Part shown: piece by piece, positions 1-8,358 of the stretch
Layout of the letters: every line of letters starts with the position of its first letter
Numbering within the stretch: position 1 is the stretch's first letter
NCBI GenBank assembly: GCA_964490395.1
Contig: CAZBAS010000002.1
Location: 127,291-191,290 of the forward strand
Direction: 5' to 3'
DNA length: 64,000 nt
DNA from: an uncultured Candidatus Saccharibacteria bacterium
GTDB lineage: Bacteria; Patescibacteriota; Doudnabacteria; UBA920
Program-made: the position numbers and the translations under genes
Notes under the pieces: generated by a model
Databases searched by the model: none
Told to the model about the DNA's origin: nothing
The model's input: the letters and a program-made list of their open reading frames with translations, nothing else

Positions 1-643
1 AGTTCTCAGAAGAGAACACTGTAATTACAGCCCCTTGTTTAATATCTTTTTTCATTGCACTCGTTAGCACAGGGTCTTTTGAATTTGTGTGGCAAATAAT
101 TACATCAAAATCACCAATATGTTCAAGATTCGCTTGTTCCAGCTTTACACCGAGATCATTTGCAGCCTTAGCGAAAGCGTCTACCTGGCCCGTGCGATTA
201 ATATATGAAACGATATGCAAATCTGAATAGTATGCTTTAAGTGCAGCCAGATCGCGCTGAGCAATATTTCCTGTTCCTATGTACAGAACCTTTTTAGAGT
301 TAATTTCTTTTACACCTAGCCCATCCAAAACCACAGCAGTCATAACCCCGGTACGCTGGCGCATGTAAGGCGTAAACTCCGTGGTCATGACTATTTCCCC
401 TGACCGGAATATCACCGCATGATCCGAACTCTTGCGGGTTATTACGTCATACGGACTAAACGTATGGTAGAATATCGGCGGATTTTCACCATCCAATTCA
501 AACATGGTCAAGCTAAAGAAGTCGCCAACATATTCACCCTCTTTTTTAAATGCTGGTACGTGCTTATCAAGTTGATATTTATCACCGGCAAGATACACTT
601 GCCGGATGTTCGCACCCAATTCTTTATAGTCTAATTCGTTCAT
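1..643 (-). CDS. Ornithine cyclodeaminase/mu-crystallin family protein. Partial: start codon at 643, C-terminus runs off the window edge.
   Basis: Minus-strand ORF from ATG at 643 to the window edge. Has an OCD-family RTG(V/A)..A motif (RQRTGVMTAVVLDG) followed by the Rossmann GTGNIAQ motif. Not in the ORF track because it is truncated. Confidence 0.4.
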   Translation of the reverse strand, partial: MNELDYKELGANIRQVYLAGDKYQLDKHVPAFKKEGEYVGDFFSLTMFELDGENPPIFYHTFSPYDVITRKSSDHAVIFRSGEIVMTTEFTPYMRQRTGVMTAVVLDGLGVKEINSKKVLYIGTGNIAQRDLAALKAYYSDLHIVSYINRTGQVDAFAKAANDLGVKLEQANLEHIGDFDVIICHTNSKDPVLTSAMKKDIKQGAVITVFSSEN

Positions 644-706
644 ATATTTGATTAATACTTATTTCATTATAGCCATAGTCAGTAAAGTTTTATTGCGAAA
701 TACATA

Positions 707-1048
707 CTACACCCCCTTTGAAACTAAATATTTTTTAGCGACTTCTAGGGCGTCGGTGTGAGCTGCTTCTAAGTTTATTTTGTAGATGTCGGCAATGCGG
801 ATAATGATGAGTAGTATATCACTAAGCTCGTCCGCTATTTTCTCCTGAGTAACTGCGTACTGCGGCTGATCAGCATCTCTGTCTTTAGGGTAATACTGCT
901 CCTGCATCATAATAAGTGCAGACAGCTGGCCCACTTGCTTGGACAACTCTATCATAGCACCGTTTATGCCCCACGGCTTCCCCTCTATCTTCTCAAACCG
1001 CTGTATAACTTGTTTTGTTTGTTCTATAACTTCTTGAAACGTGTCCAT
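707..1048 (-). CDS. MazG-like nucleotide pyrophosphohydrolase domain protein. Start taken at the ATG at 1048; the track's TTG at 1081 lies inside a palindromic repeat.
   Basis: All-alpha ~113 aa protein with an acidic EExxE/D-type motif (IADELSDIL), typical of the MazG/HisE NTP-PPase fold. Confidence 0.5.
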   Translation of the reverse strand: MDTFQEVIEQTKQVIQRFEKIEGKPWGINGAMIELSKQVGQLSALIMMQEQYYPKDRDADQPQYAVTQEKIADELSDILLIIIRIADIYKINLEAAHTDALEVAKKYLVSKGV

Positions 1049-1070
1049 ATGGCATTTATCAAAAATTCTA

Positions 1071-1130
1071 CTGCGTTGCAATGGTCATCTTTGCGACGGT
1101 TGCAAAGATGACCATTGCAACGGGAATTAC
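1071..1130. repeat. Palindromic repeat family A, copy 1: CTGCGTTGCAATGGTCATCTTTGC-GACGGTT-GCAAAGATGACCATTGCAACGGGAATTAC.
   Basis: Perfect 20-bp arms at 1075-1094 and 1102-1121 with a 7-nt loop. Same flanks as the copy at 3038-3097. Confidence 0.85.
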
Positions 1131-1215
1131 TATATTTCGTATCTGATAATTTTAATTCATTTACAGCGTCAAAAATATCACCCTTGTAGCTGTCACAAGG
1201 CTGGCATCGTTAAAT

Positions 1216-2415
1216 TTATTCGCGCTCCAAAGCTTGTCCCCTATTCATTCGTTTCAACATATACATAGTGGCATTGGCAATCTGGTCTTCTCTAAAATAG
1301 TGCACTCCATGCACTCCATTATGTTGCGCTTTTAGAACCCTAACGCCGTTTGCATTATGGAATACTTCCTGCATCATTTTCTCTTCACGTTTTTGCTGTG
1401 ACCACAGAGACTGATCATGCGCAATTTCTGGCACAAATTTATCTGCATTAAAAGCAGCATCTTTTTCCCCCACTACAAGTACCACAGGCACCTCTAGCTC
1501 GCGAGCATGTTCATTTACTTTTGCAGCCTCTTTTGATTCACGCACCGTACGCTTAGCTAATTGCCCCCTCACCGCTTCTTTGGCCATATTATAAGCAACG
1601 CTTGCGCCTAACTTTGATGAAGCAGCAACGCCCTGCTTGTACTTGGTAGGATTTTTTACAGCCTGACTTACAACTTCTAGGGTGGTAGCACCTAAAGAAT
1701 CTTTGAAGAAATTCTTTGTAAGCTCCTTTTCATCTTGCTCAATTATACCGCCAGGGCTGGTGAGAACAAGGCCCTCAATCTCAATCTGCGTGGCGCCCTC
1801 TACTTTGTTTGCTTCTTGAATGAGCCAGGCTAGATCAATGCCCTTATTCGCGCCCTGCGAGTTACCAACAATAGTTATTTTCTTTAAACCTTGTTCAGTT
1901 ATAAATTTTAGTATTGCTTGTGCCTGTATTTCTTGGGAATTTTCAGTGGTCGGACTACCTAACCTGGTAGATATGGTATATGTTTTTGCCTGACTGGCAT
2001 TTGCAAAATGAGTACCCGATTCCACCACCGGACCAGAATCCCCCTCCAAAGCTACACCAGGTAAAAATATAACCGCTTCGTCTTCTCCAGCTTGTGCCAC
2101 ATAGTCCTCTGGACCTGCCACAAAAGGCTCGCGACGAGGCAACACATCTCCATCATTTACCACCCCCATATCCTGAAGTTTTTCCGAGAGTTCTACTTCC
2201 GAAGTGTCTAACAATTCAGGATTTTTATTTACATCACTCCGCAAACGTTTCTGTGTAGGACGAGACACTTGCCACACCAGCTCCACTTTATCCCCTTCAT
2301 TGGTCGGGTATTCTATACGGCCGCCGTCTGGCATTCGTTGCTCTTTTTTATTCTCCTGATCTTCCGGATGCCAATTGGCCATGGATTCTAGCGAGTTGTA
2401 TTCACCTTCAAGCAT
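1216..2415 (-). CDS. Alpha/beta-hydrolase fold protein with a GNSQG nucleophile elbow. N-terminal extension in the track rejected.
   Basis: GxSxG motif (IVGNSQGANKG). ORF-track residues 1-29 translate the family-A palindrome (VAKMTIATQ), so the start is taken at MLEGEY (ATG at 2415). Confidence 0.55.
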   Translation of the reverse strand: MLEGEYNSLESMANWHPEDQENKKEQRMPDGGRIEYPTNEGDKVELVWQVSRPTQKRLRSDVNKNPELLDTSEVELSEKLQDMGVVNDGDVLPRREPFVAGPEDYVAQAGEDEAVIFLPGVALEGDSGPVVESGTHFANASQAKTYTISTRLGSPTTENSQEIQAQAILKFITEQGLKKITIVGNSQGANKGIDLAWLIQEANKVEGATQIEIEGLVLTSPGGIIEQDEKELTKNFFKDSLGATTLEVVSQAVKNPTKYKQGVAASSKLGASVAYNMAKEAVRGQLAKRTVRESKEAAKVNEHARELEVPVVLVVGEKDAAFNADKFVPEIAHDQSLWSQQKREEKMMQEVFHNANGVRVLKAQHNGVHGVHYFREDQIANATMYMLKRMNRGQALERE

Positions 2416-2440
2416 AATATTTAGTAATATTTTAATTTGC

Positions 2441-2469
2441 GTTGCAATGGTCATCTTTGCAACGGTTAC
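2441..2469. repeat. Family A solo arm (GTTGCAATGGTCATCTTTGCAACGGTTAC), lacking the partner arm.
   Basis: Identical to the left arm and loop of the copies at 1075 and 3042. Confidence 0.6.
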
Positions 2470-2470
2470 A

Positions 2471-3032
2471 TTACATATCAAACACTCTAAATTCGTACTC
2501 ACGCAAGGTCACGAGCTCCAAATCGGGATGAATATTTGCCAATCCACTATCAACTTCTCCCGCATAGTGGCACATAAGACGAATGGGCAAAATACCCAAA
2601 CCTTCTAGCAATCCATTCCGTATGCTATGAAAGGCCGCAGCCAAAGGATTTGCTCCAGCAGAATCACCAGCAATAATCTTTCCTTGGAATGCCGATTTAA
2701 GATCTGGGAACTTTTTTAAGGTTTCAATGCTCTTACTGCTACTCCCCCCATGCAAATAGACCACATCGGCCCACGCAATTTGCGAAAGAAAATTCTGTTC
2801 TTCCGCAATTTGAAACGTTAAAGACTTAGCGCCTTTATTTTTATTGAATTGATCCATGTCTTCTGCGCTATTCTTGGGAATGCGATCCAGTTCTTTTGCG
2901 AAATACACAAGCAAAACTTTAGCATTGTCTGGCGCAGTAGATAGCACTTCGGCAAAAAAAGTATCGTCTTCCTGGGCGCTACCCGGAGTAAACCCGCCAT
3001 GTAAAATATATTTCGTGTTCATCATTTTAATT
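2471..3032 (-). CDS. Peptidase S51 / class-I glutamine-amidotransferase-like protein (dipeptidase E-like).
   Basis: Nucleophile-elbow motif IIAGDSAGA and an overall PepE/cyanophycinase-like layout. Start taken at MNTKYILHGGF (ATG at 3032) because the upstream extension translates the family-A palindrome. Confidence 0.5.
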
Positions 3033-3037
3033 AATTG

Positions 3038-3097
3038 CTGCGTTGCAATGGTCATCTTTGTAACCGTCGCAAAGATGACCATTGCAACGGGAATTAC
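3038..3097. repeat. Palindromic repeat family A, copy 3, with an inverted loop.
   Basis: Arms GTTGCAATGGTCATCTTTG / CAAAGATGACCATTGCAAC. Loop TAACCGTC is the reverse complement of copy 1's loop GACGGTT. Conserved flanks CTGCG...GGGAATTAC. Confidence 0.85.
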
Positions 3098-3621
3098 TTC
3101 ATTAATAGTGCGAGCTTGCGGACGGTATTTACGTTGCGGGCCGTCATGTTTTTGTAGAGAGGTGTGCCAATGAATTTCCGTACCCCGCTTTTTGTATGAA
3201 ATTTTCTCGTTATTCTCCAAATGATAGCGCCGTCTGTGTATTTGAGCTTATCGGCTTCGGGGTGTGGGGTAATTAAACCTAAAGAACTCTTTTTACTATA
3301 CTCGTCCCACAGAAAGAGCACATCTGTTTTTACTTCTGTATTGTTGTCCCACCCCGCAGGAATGGCTTTAACTACTTTAGCAATGCTTGCACTATCGCGC
3401 AGCACCACACCAATAGCAAACCCAAACCTCTTTTTAACCACCTGTTCTATATCCCCCGCCTTCGGTGCGGTTTTACTTTCAAAAATAACATTACCAGAAT
3501 TTATGTAAGTAGAAACATTTCCATACCCAAGTTTCTCAAACACCTGTTTGAGCCTTTTCATTTCCACTTTATTATTCCCACCCACATTTATTCCGCGCAA
3601 CAGCGCTACGTATTTTTTCAT
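3094..3621 (-). CDS. DUF1697 family protein.
   Basis: N-terminus MKKYVALLRGINVGGNNKV is the signature start of DUF1697 proteins. Confidence 0.6.
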   Translation of the reverse strand: MKKYVALLRGINVGGNNKVEMKRLKQVFEKLGYGNVSTYINSGNVIFESKTAPKAGDIEQVVKKRFGFAIGVVLRDSASIAKVVKAIPAGWDNNTEVKTDVLFLWDEYSKKSSLGLITPHPEADKLKYTDGAIIWRITRKFHTKSGVRKFIGTPLYKNMTARNVNTVRKLALLMK

Positions 3622-3668
3622 TCCAAACTCTTTATTGCTAGGACAGCACGCATAAAATTATGCCGTAT

Positions 3669-4028
3669 CTATATTTCTAACGCCAGCTCCCATTGCATAG
3701 GTATCAGCATAATATTAACCACATCGGCAATCCCCTGAGCAGCCTTATATTCCGAAACCTTCTTGGATATTAAATCTAACATCTTGTGTGCATCGTTCTC
3801 CGGTATAGCATCTCGACTAATTCGAATATACACCTCCATTGGCGCAGGGTTCAAAGCAAATTCGTATTTTCGAGCACTTAACGGAGAATCCTCTAGTGTC
3901 TCATCAGCGGCTTCAGCAGTTGCTTGTTGGATAACTGCGCACATGTTACTTAGCTTCTCTTCTGAGAAAAACTTCTGATCGTACTCAACAGAAATAACAG
4001 GCATATAATAAGTATTAATTCTTAGCAA
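3669..4028 (-). CDS. Hypothetical protein, possibly tautomerase-like if it starts at internal MPVISVEY (ATG at 4004).
   Basis: ORF only. The N-terminal Pro after the internal Met suggests, but does not prove, a tautomerase-superfamily protein. Confidence 0.3.
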   Translation of the reverse strand: MLRINTYYMPVISVEYDQKFFSEEKLSNMCAVIQQATAEAADETLEDSPLSARKYEFALNPAPMEVYIRISRDAIPENDAHKMLDLISKKVSEYKAAQGIADVVNIMLIPMQWELALEI

Positions 4029-4030
4029 AA

Positions 4031-4384
4031 CTAACTCAGCGCCGTCGAAGCAATAACCTTAATTTCTACTTTTGCGTTGCGAGGCAAGTCTTTCACCCCT
4101 ACGCAAATACGAGCAGGAAAAGGTTCGGCAAATAACTCTCTATACACGTCATTCATGGGCGCGTAGTCTTCCTCAAAAGAAGTTAGAAATACTTCCGAAG
4201 AAACTACATTCGCTAGGCTTAAACCAACCCCTTCTAAAATGCCAGCAATGTTTTGAATGGTTTGTTTAGTCTCGGCTTCTATGCCGCCCTCTATTAACTC
4301 CCCATCCTTCATGCCTATCTGCCCGGACACGAATACTAAATCCCCTGCTTTTCTATATGTACTCAATGGAAATGTTGTTGGCAT
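4031..4384 (-). CDS. ridA: RidA/YjgF family reactive-intermediate deaminase.
   Basis: 117 aa with the typical RidA sequence (GDLVFVSGQIG...ARICVGV..LP..A.VEI). Confidence 0.75.
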   Translation of the reverse strand: MPTTFPLSTYRKAGDLVFVSGQIGMKDGELIEGGIEAETKQTIQNIAGILEGVGLSLANVVSSEVFLTSFEEDYAPMNDVYRELFAEPFPARICVGVKDLPRNAKVEIKVIASTALS

Positions 4385-4402
4385 AAAATTTAAATAAGAA
4401 AA

Positions 4403-5146
4403 TTATTTTAAGGTATATCCGCCGTCAATAAAAATATTTTGACCTGTTATATTTTTTGCTGTATCTGAAGCAAGAAATACTATCATGCGCGCTATCTCTT
4501 CAGGTTCTGCAAGCTTGCCTAGCGGAGTCTTGGCTAGCGTTTCGGTGGTTTCTTCTTCGGGTGCTGCCACCCAATATCCTGCGCGCACCGCAGCGGGTGA
4601 TATAGCGTTTGCTCGGCCAAAGGGAGCCAATAATTTAGCATAGGCCTGGGTAATGTTAACTATTGCTGCTTTGGCAGCTGCGTAAGATAGAACATCGTCT
4701 TTACCTCCCGCTGAATAACGAGAGCTAACATTCACCATAACTCCGGACCGCTGTTCTTGAAATTGTTGCACAGCGTACTTAGAGATACTCATAACAGATA
4801 CTAAATTCTGCTTAAGCGATTCTACCCACACTTCCACCTCACCATCCCATTCATCTCCAGCAATATAACCCCCTGCATTATTCACAACCACGTCAAGCTT
4901 TCCGTACTTACTAACCGCAGCTCCTACTAATGCCGCGGCTTGCGCATCGTCACATAAATCAGCTTGATACGCAACAGCTTCGGCACCTACGTCTTTGACG
5001 TGAGCAACTACTTCTTCGGCTCCCTTACTATTGTCTTTATAGCTAATCGCCACATGAGCCCCCTGCTTACCAAATTCTATTGCAGTAGCTGCGCCAATCC
5101 CGCTGGAACCTCCAGTTATTAATACGACCTTATTTTTAAATTCCAT
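4403..5146 (-). CDS. SDR family oxidoreductase (FabG-like).
   Basis: TGGSSGIGAATA Rossmann motif, NNAG motif and a YxxxK catalytic dyad region. Confidence 0.8.
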   Translation of the reverse strand: MEFKNKVVLITGGSSGIGAATAIEFGKQGAHVAISYKDNSKGAEEVVAHVKDVGAEAVAYQADLCDDAQAAALVGAAVSKYGKLDVVVNNAGGYIAGDEWDGEVEVWVESLKQNLVSVMSISKYAVQQFQEQRSGVMVNVSSRYSAGGKDDVLSYAAAKAAIVNITQAYAKLLAPFGRANAISPAAVRAGYWVAAPEEETTETLAKTPLGKLAEPEEIARMIVFLASDTAKNITGQNIFIDGGYTLK

Positions 5147-5218
5147 GCTATTCCGAATTTGATTATTTATGAGATTATTGTATAATAGTCTAGCAATTTA
5201 AACCAATTTACTCGCTAT

Positions 5219-5292
5219 TGCCCGGTAGCCAAGCGGTAAGGCAGAGGACTCTGAATCCTCCATCCTAGGTTCGAATCCTAGCCGGGCAGCCA
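5219..5292 (+). tRNA. tRNA-Gln (anticodon CTG).
   Basis: Cloverleaf readable by eye. Acceptor TGCCCGG/CCGGGCA, D-arm GCCAAGCGGTAAGGC, anticodon stem GAGGA/TCCTC with loop CUCUGAA, T-arm GGTTCGAATCC, 3' GCCA. Close to E. coli tRNA-Gln. Confidence 0.8.
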
Positions 5293-5356
5293 CCAAAATC
5301 GCCGAATAGGCGGTTTTTTGTTATGCTGTAAAACATTATCTTCCCCATTCAAAGAG

Positions 5357-5413
5357 CACCACCCCAGGTCTTAAAAACACTACCCCTTATTCGCGCGAAT
5401 AGTGACTGGGGTG
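5357..5413. repeat. Nested inverted repeat downstream of the tRNA. Outer arms CACCCCAGGTC/GACTGGGGTG enclose the perfect 14-bp palindrome TATTCGCGCGAATA (5388-5401).
   Basis: Read directly from the sequence. Confidence 0.7.
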
Positions 5414-5464
5414 CTTAGGGCTTCATGGTTATGTGTTACGCTATAGATAAGTAACAATATATAC

Positions 5465-5845
5465 ATGAACTCACATACAGAATTTTATCCAACAGTGCCT
5501 GTACAGGACTTAGAGCGGGCAAAAAAGTTTTACATGGATATGCTCGGGTTTAGTGTTATGGACGAGAGCGTACCCAGCATAGCCATGATGCAAAACGATA
5601 CGCATGGCAAGCTTATGCTGTTCCAGCGGCCACCAACAAAAGCAGACAACGCCATAATTGGTTTTGTGGTAGATATAGACCAAGCTGTAGATGAGCTCGC
5701 AGCCAAAGGCGTACACATGGAGCAGTACGACATGGGCGAAGGCATGAAAACTGACGAACGAGGCATATTGCACTACGGAAACACCGCAGCCGCATGGTTT
5801 AAAGATACCGAAGGCAACATTCTTTCCCTTCACGGTAAAATATAG
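5465..5845 (+). CDS. VOC/glyoxalase family protein.
   Basis: 126 aa with the glyoxalase/bleomycin-resistance fold pattern. Confidence 0.65.
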   Translation: MNSHTEFYPTVPVQDLERAKKFYMDMLGFSVMDESVPSIAMMQNDTHGKLMLFQRPPTKADNAIIGFVVDIDQAVDELAAKGVHMEQYDMGEGMKTDERGILHYGNTAAAWFKDTEGNILSLHGKI

Positions 5846-5851
5846 CCCGTT

Positions 5852-6570
5852 TTAAAAGGGTCACCCTTTTATACACCTAAGCGATGACCGCCAAAGGAGT
5901 ATACTAAAAAGGGTGACCCTTTTATGCGTTATAGAGACAACAAAGAATTCTACGAAGGTAATATCCACCACGCATATAATCGTGGAGTAAATAGGCAAGA
6001 TATATTTCTTACCAGTGCAGACTTCGTTGCTTTTTTACTGCGTTTAGGCATCTTACTCGGCCTTCCAAAGCCGGCGAATTGCAAACTGCATTTAAAAGCC
6101 TTTGACCCCCGTGATTTTGATATCCTGGGCTACTGTTTAATGCCGAATCACTTCCACTTACAAATACGACAAAATGGCGCAACTCCAATTGGAGAACTGG
6201 TGCATAAACTCTGCACTAGCTACGGAATGTACTTTAATAGAAAATATGATAGGCTCGGCGCAGTATGGCAAGACACATTTAAGTCGAAAAACGTAACAGA
6301 CGATCCGTATTTATTAACCCTCTCTGCCTATATTCACAATAACCCCAAGAACCCGGACTCGTATACATATTCAAGCTATCAGGATTACCTTGGTCTGCGC
6401 AGCAGCCAACTGTGTAAACCTGATTTTATCTTATCTATATTCAAAGACAATCGATCATCTTACAAAACATTTGTAGAACAGTGGCGTACAAAAGATGTTT
6501 CGCAAGTTCCTTTTTGGGAATAGTCCACTAAAAAGGGTCACCCTTTTACAGTCAAAGGGTGACCCTTTTT
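5852..6570 (+). mobile_element. RAYT/IS200-like Y1 (HuH) transposase gene flanked by REP-like hairpin doublets.
   Basis: Four ~19-bp hairpins AAAAGGGT(C/G)ACCCTTTT: 5852-5870 and 5906-5924 on the left, 6529-6547 and 6554-6570 on the right. They alternate TCA/TGA loop orientation around the transposase ORF. Confidence 0.65.
5924..6523 (+). CDS. IS200-like / REP-associated tyrosine transposase family protein (COG1943), possibly an inactivated derivative.
   Basis: HuH motif LMPNHFHLQ. Downstream block GAVWQDTF...YIHNNP matches the RAYT WQxxY...NP block, but the conserved Tyr position is Phe (F119). Confidence 0.6.
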   Translation: MRYRDNKEFYEGNIHHAYNRGVNRQDIFLTSADFVAFLLRLGILLGLPKPANCKLHLKAFDPRDFDILGYCLMPNHFHLQIRQNGATPIGELVHKLCTSYGMYFNRKYDRLGAVWQDTFKSKNVTDDPYLLTLSAYIHNNPKNPDSYTYSSYQDYLGLRSSQLCKPDFILSIFKDNRSSYKTFVEQWRTKDVSQVPFWE

Positions 6571-6615
6571 AGTTACGTCCTGCCTAAAACTCTTCATTTT
6601 TGCTATCATACTTCC

Positions 6616-7161
6616 ATGACAGTACTTATTCTCCACGGCGTAGATGGTCACGCAGGCACACATTGGCAGGAGTGGCTGCATAACGAGCTTATTGTTCTTG
6701 GGCATAAAGTAATAATGCCAACCCTCCCGGACGCCCACCACCCCAGTAGGCACACCTGGCTTTCTACAATTCAGCAGCTTGTAGCGCATGTGCCAACGAG
6801 TGAATTAGTTTTGGTTGGCCACTCACTTGGAGTTGCGTCTGCGCTCGACTTCATAGAAGCATCACCCACAACTGTAAAAGGACTGGTAAGTGTTTCTGGT
6901 TTTGCAAACGACTACGGCGCTGAGCTCAATGGATATTTTATGGCAGAGCGGAGTATAGATTTTACCAAAGTAAATGAAAAGTTAGAAAACGCATTTGTCT
7001 TTTACGGCGACAACGACCCGTACGTTCCACAAACAGAGCTCGCTAACCTTTCCACACAACTCAACGTCTCCCCCACCACCATCTCCAATGGCGGACACCT
7101 TAACACCGACGCAGGGTTTACGACATTTCCTGAATTGTTAACAACAATCACCTCTATATGA
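6616..7161 (+). CDS. RBBP9/YdeN-like alpha/beta serine hydrolase.
   Basis: Starts LILHG and has GHSLG (GxSxG). Start set at the ATG at 6616, because the track's upstream start runs through the REP hairpin. Confidence 0.55.
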   Translation: MTVLILHGVDGHAGTHWQEWLHNELIVLGHKVIMPTLPDAHHPSRHTWLSTIQQLVAHVPTSELVLVGHSLGVASALDFIEASPTTVKGLVSVSGFANDYGAELNGYFMAERSIDFTKVNEKLENAFVFYGDNDPYVPQTELANLSTQLNVSPTTISNGGHLNTDAGFTTFPELLTTITSI

Positions 7162-7628
7162 CAGATAGCACCAACGAACAGCAAAATAGCCGACCACGAA
7201 TTTTACTTGTAAATAGATGTTTCGTTCTTGATGAAACAAAATCTAAGTTTTTATTAATTAAAAGATCAGCGCAAGACAGCCATAACTCAGGATTATGGGA
7301 AGTTCCTGGCGGAAAACTGGACGAAGGCCAGGACCTTAGTCATGCACTGGAAAGAGAAGTTTTAGAGGAAACAGGATTGCTTGTAGAACCAAGCCAGCGG
7401 CTTATGTATGCAGACAGCCAAATGGCCACTATAAAAAAGTATGAGGGCATGTTGTATTTGGTCCTGTTTGGAATTGGTCAGATCGTTGGCGGCAAACTTC
7501 AATTAAGTGAAGAGCATGAGGATTCGGCGTGGGTTACGTACGATGAAGCACTAGATTACAACCTAAGCCCCGAAGTAAGAAAAGCGCTCATTATCCTACA
7601 GCAACACCTTATACCACAGAGCATATAA
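7158..7628 (+). CDS. NUDIX hydrolase.
   Basis: Nudix box GX5EX7REVLEETG (ALEREVLEETGL). Confidence 0.7.
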   Translation: MTDSTNEQQNSRPRILLVNRCFVLDETKSKFLLIKRSAQDSHNSGLWEVPGGKLDEGQDLSHALEREVLEETGLLVEPSQRLMYADSQMATIKKYEGMLYLVLFGIGQIVGGKLQLSEEHEDSAWVTYDEALDYNLSPEVRKALIILQQHLIPQSI

Positions 7629-7632
7629 ACCC

Positions 7633-8136
7633 ATGGATTACGATATATTTTCATCACCAGTAGGCAACCTCACCATAAGCTGTACGGAAAATGGCATTAG
7701 CGGTTTACACATAGAAGGTGACCGCTATTTTGAACGGGTCCCCAGCAAGTGGACACATAACCACAAGTCAAAACTATTACTCAAAGCCAAAGAACAACTA
7801 GACGAATACTTTGCTGGCACACTGGAGCAGTTTGACCTGCCTTTAGACCTCGAAGGGACCCATTTTCAGCAAGAAGTATGGGCCGCGCTACTGGACGTAC
7901 CATATGGCACCACCACAACTTACGCGCACATAGCAGAAAAAATTGGAAAACCAAATGCAGTCCGCGCAGTAGGCAGTGCTGTTGGCCGTAACCCTGTATG
8001 CATACTTATCCCCTGCCACCGCGTGCTAACAAGCGACGGCAAACTCGGGGGTTACGTCGCGGGTTTGGAGTGCAAAAAGCAGTTGCTGGATTTAGAGAGA
8101 CCTAACGCAGCAGCACCGGAAGATATAAATATTTAG
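7633..8136 (+). CDS. ogt: Methylated-DNA-protein-cysteine methyltransferase.
   Basis: Active-site PCHRV motif and a C-terminal DNA-binding wing, about 167 aa. Confidence 0.8.
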   Translation: MDYDIFSSPVGNLTISCTENGISGLHIEGDRYFERVPSKWTHNHKSKLLLKAKEQLDEYFAGTLEQFDLPLDLEGTHFQQEVWAALLDVPYGTTTTYAHIAEKIGKPNAVRAVGSAVGRNPVCILIPCHRVLTSDGKLGGYVAGLECKKQLLDLERPNAAAPEDINI

Positions 8137-8147
8137 TAAAAGAAAAG

Positions 8148-8180
8148 GCGTACGTCAGTATAAAAACTGTACCATACGCC
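8148..8180. terminator. Imperfect hairpin between ogt (+) and a small minus-strand ORF; possible bidirectional terminator.
   Basis: GGCGTACGTCAGT...ACTGTACCATACGCC stems. Confidence 0.35.
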
Positions 8181-8190
8181 GGAGAACCCA

Positions 8191-8329
8191 TTATTCTTTA
8201 TCTTTGTCGCCAGGGCAGGGGCCTGCGGGTGGCCAGGCGGGCTTTGAGGGGTATAGCTCTTTCAAAAACATGGCGACGAAGACACATATAATGACCAACA
8301 GAATTATTACTTTGGTCATATTCCTCCTT
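8191..8329 (-). CDS. Small (~45 aa) hydrophobic peptide ORF with a strong Shine-Dalgarno sequence.
   Basis: Minus-strand AAAGGAGGAATATG; ORF MTKVIILLVIICVFVAMFLKELYP... is below the track's size cutoff. Confidence 0.25.
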
Positions 8330-8358
8330 TCCGTGTTGTACACGGGGATATTTTTTGA

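Noticed and set aside
2375-3220. ORF-track N-terminal extensions of the hydrolase (to 2502) and peptidase (to 3220), and the 2856-3173 and 1041-1268 ORFs.
   Set aside because: All of them translate the family-A palindromic repeat (recurrent VAMVIFATV / KMTIATQ peptides). Starts were reset to the first ATG after the repeat.
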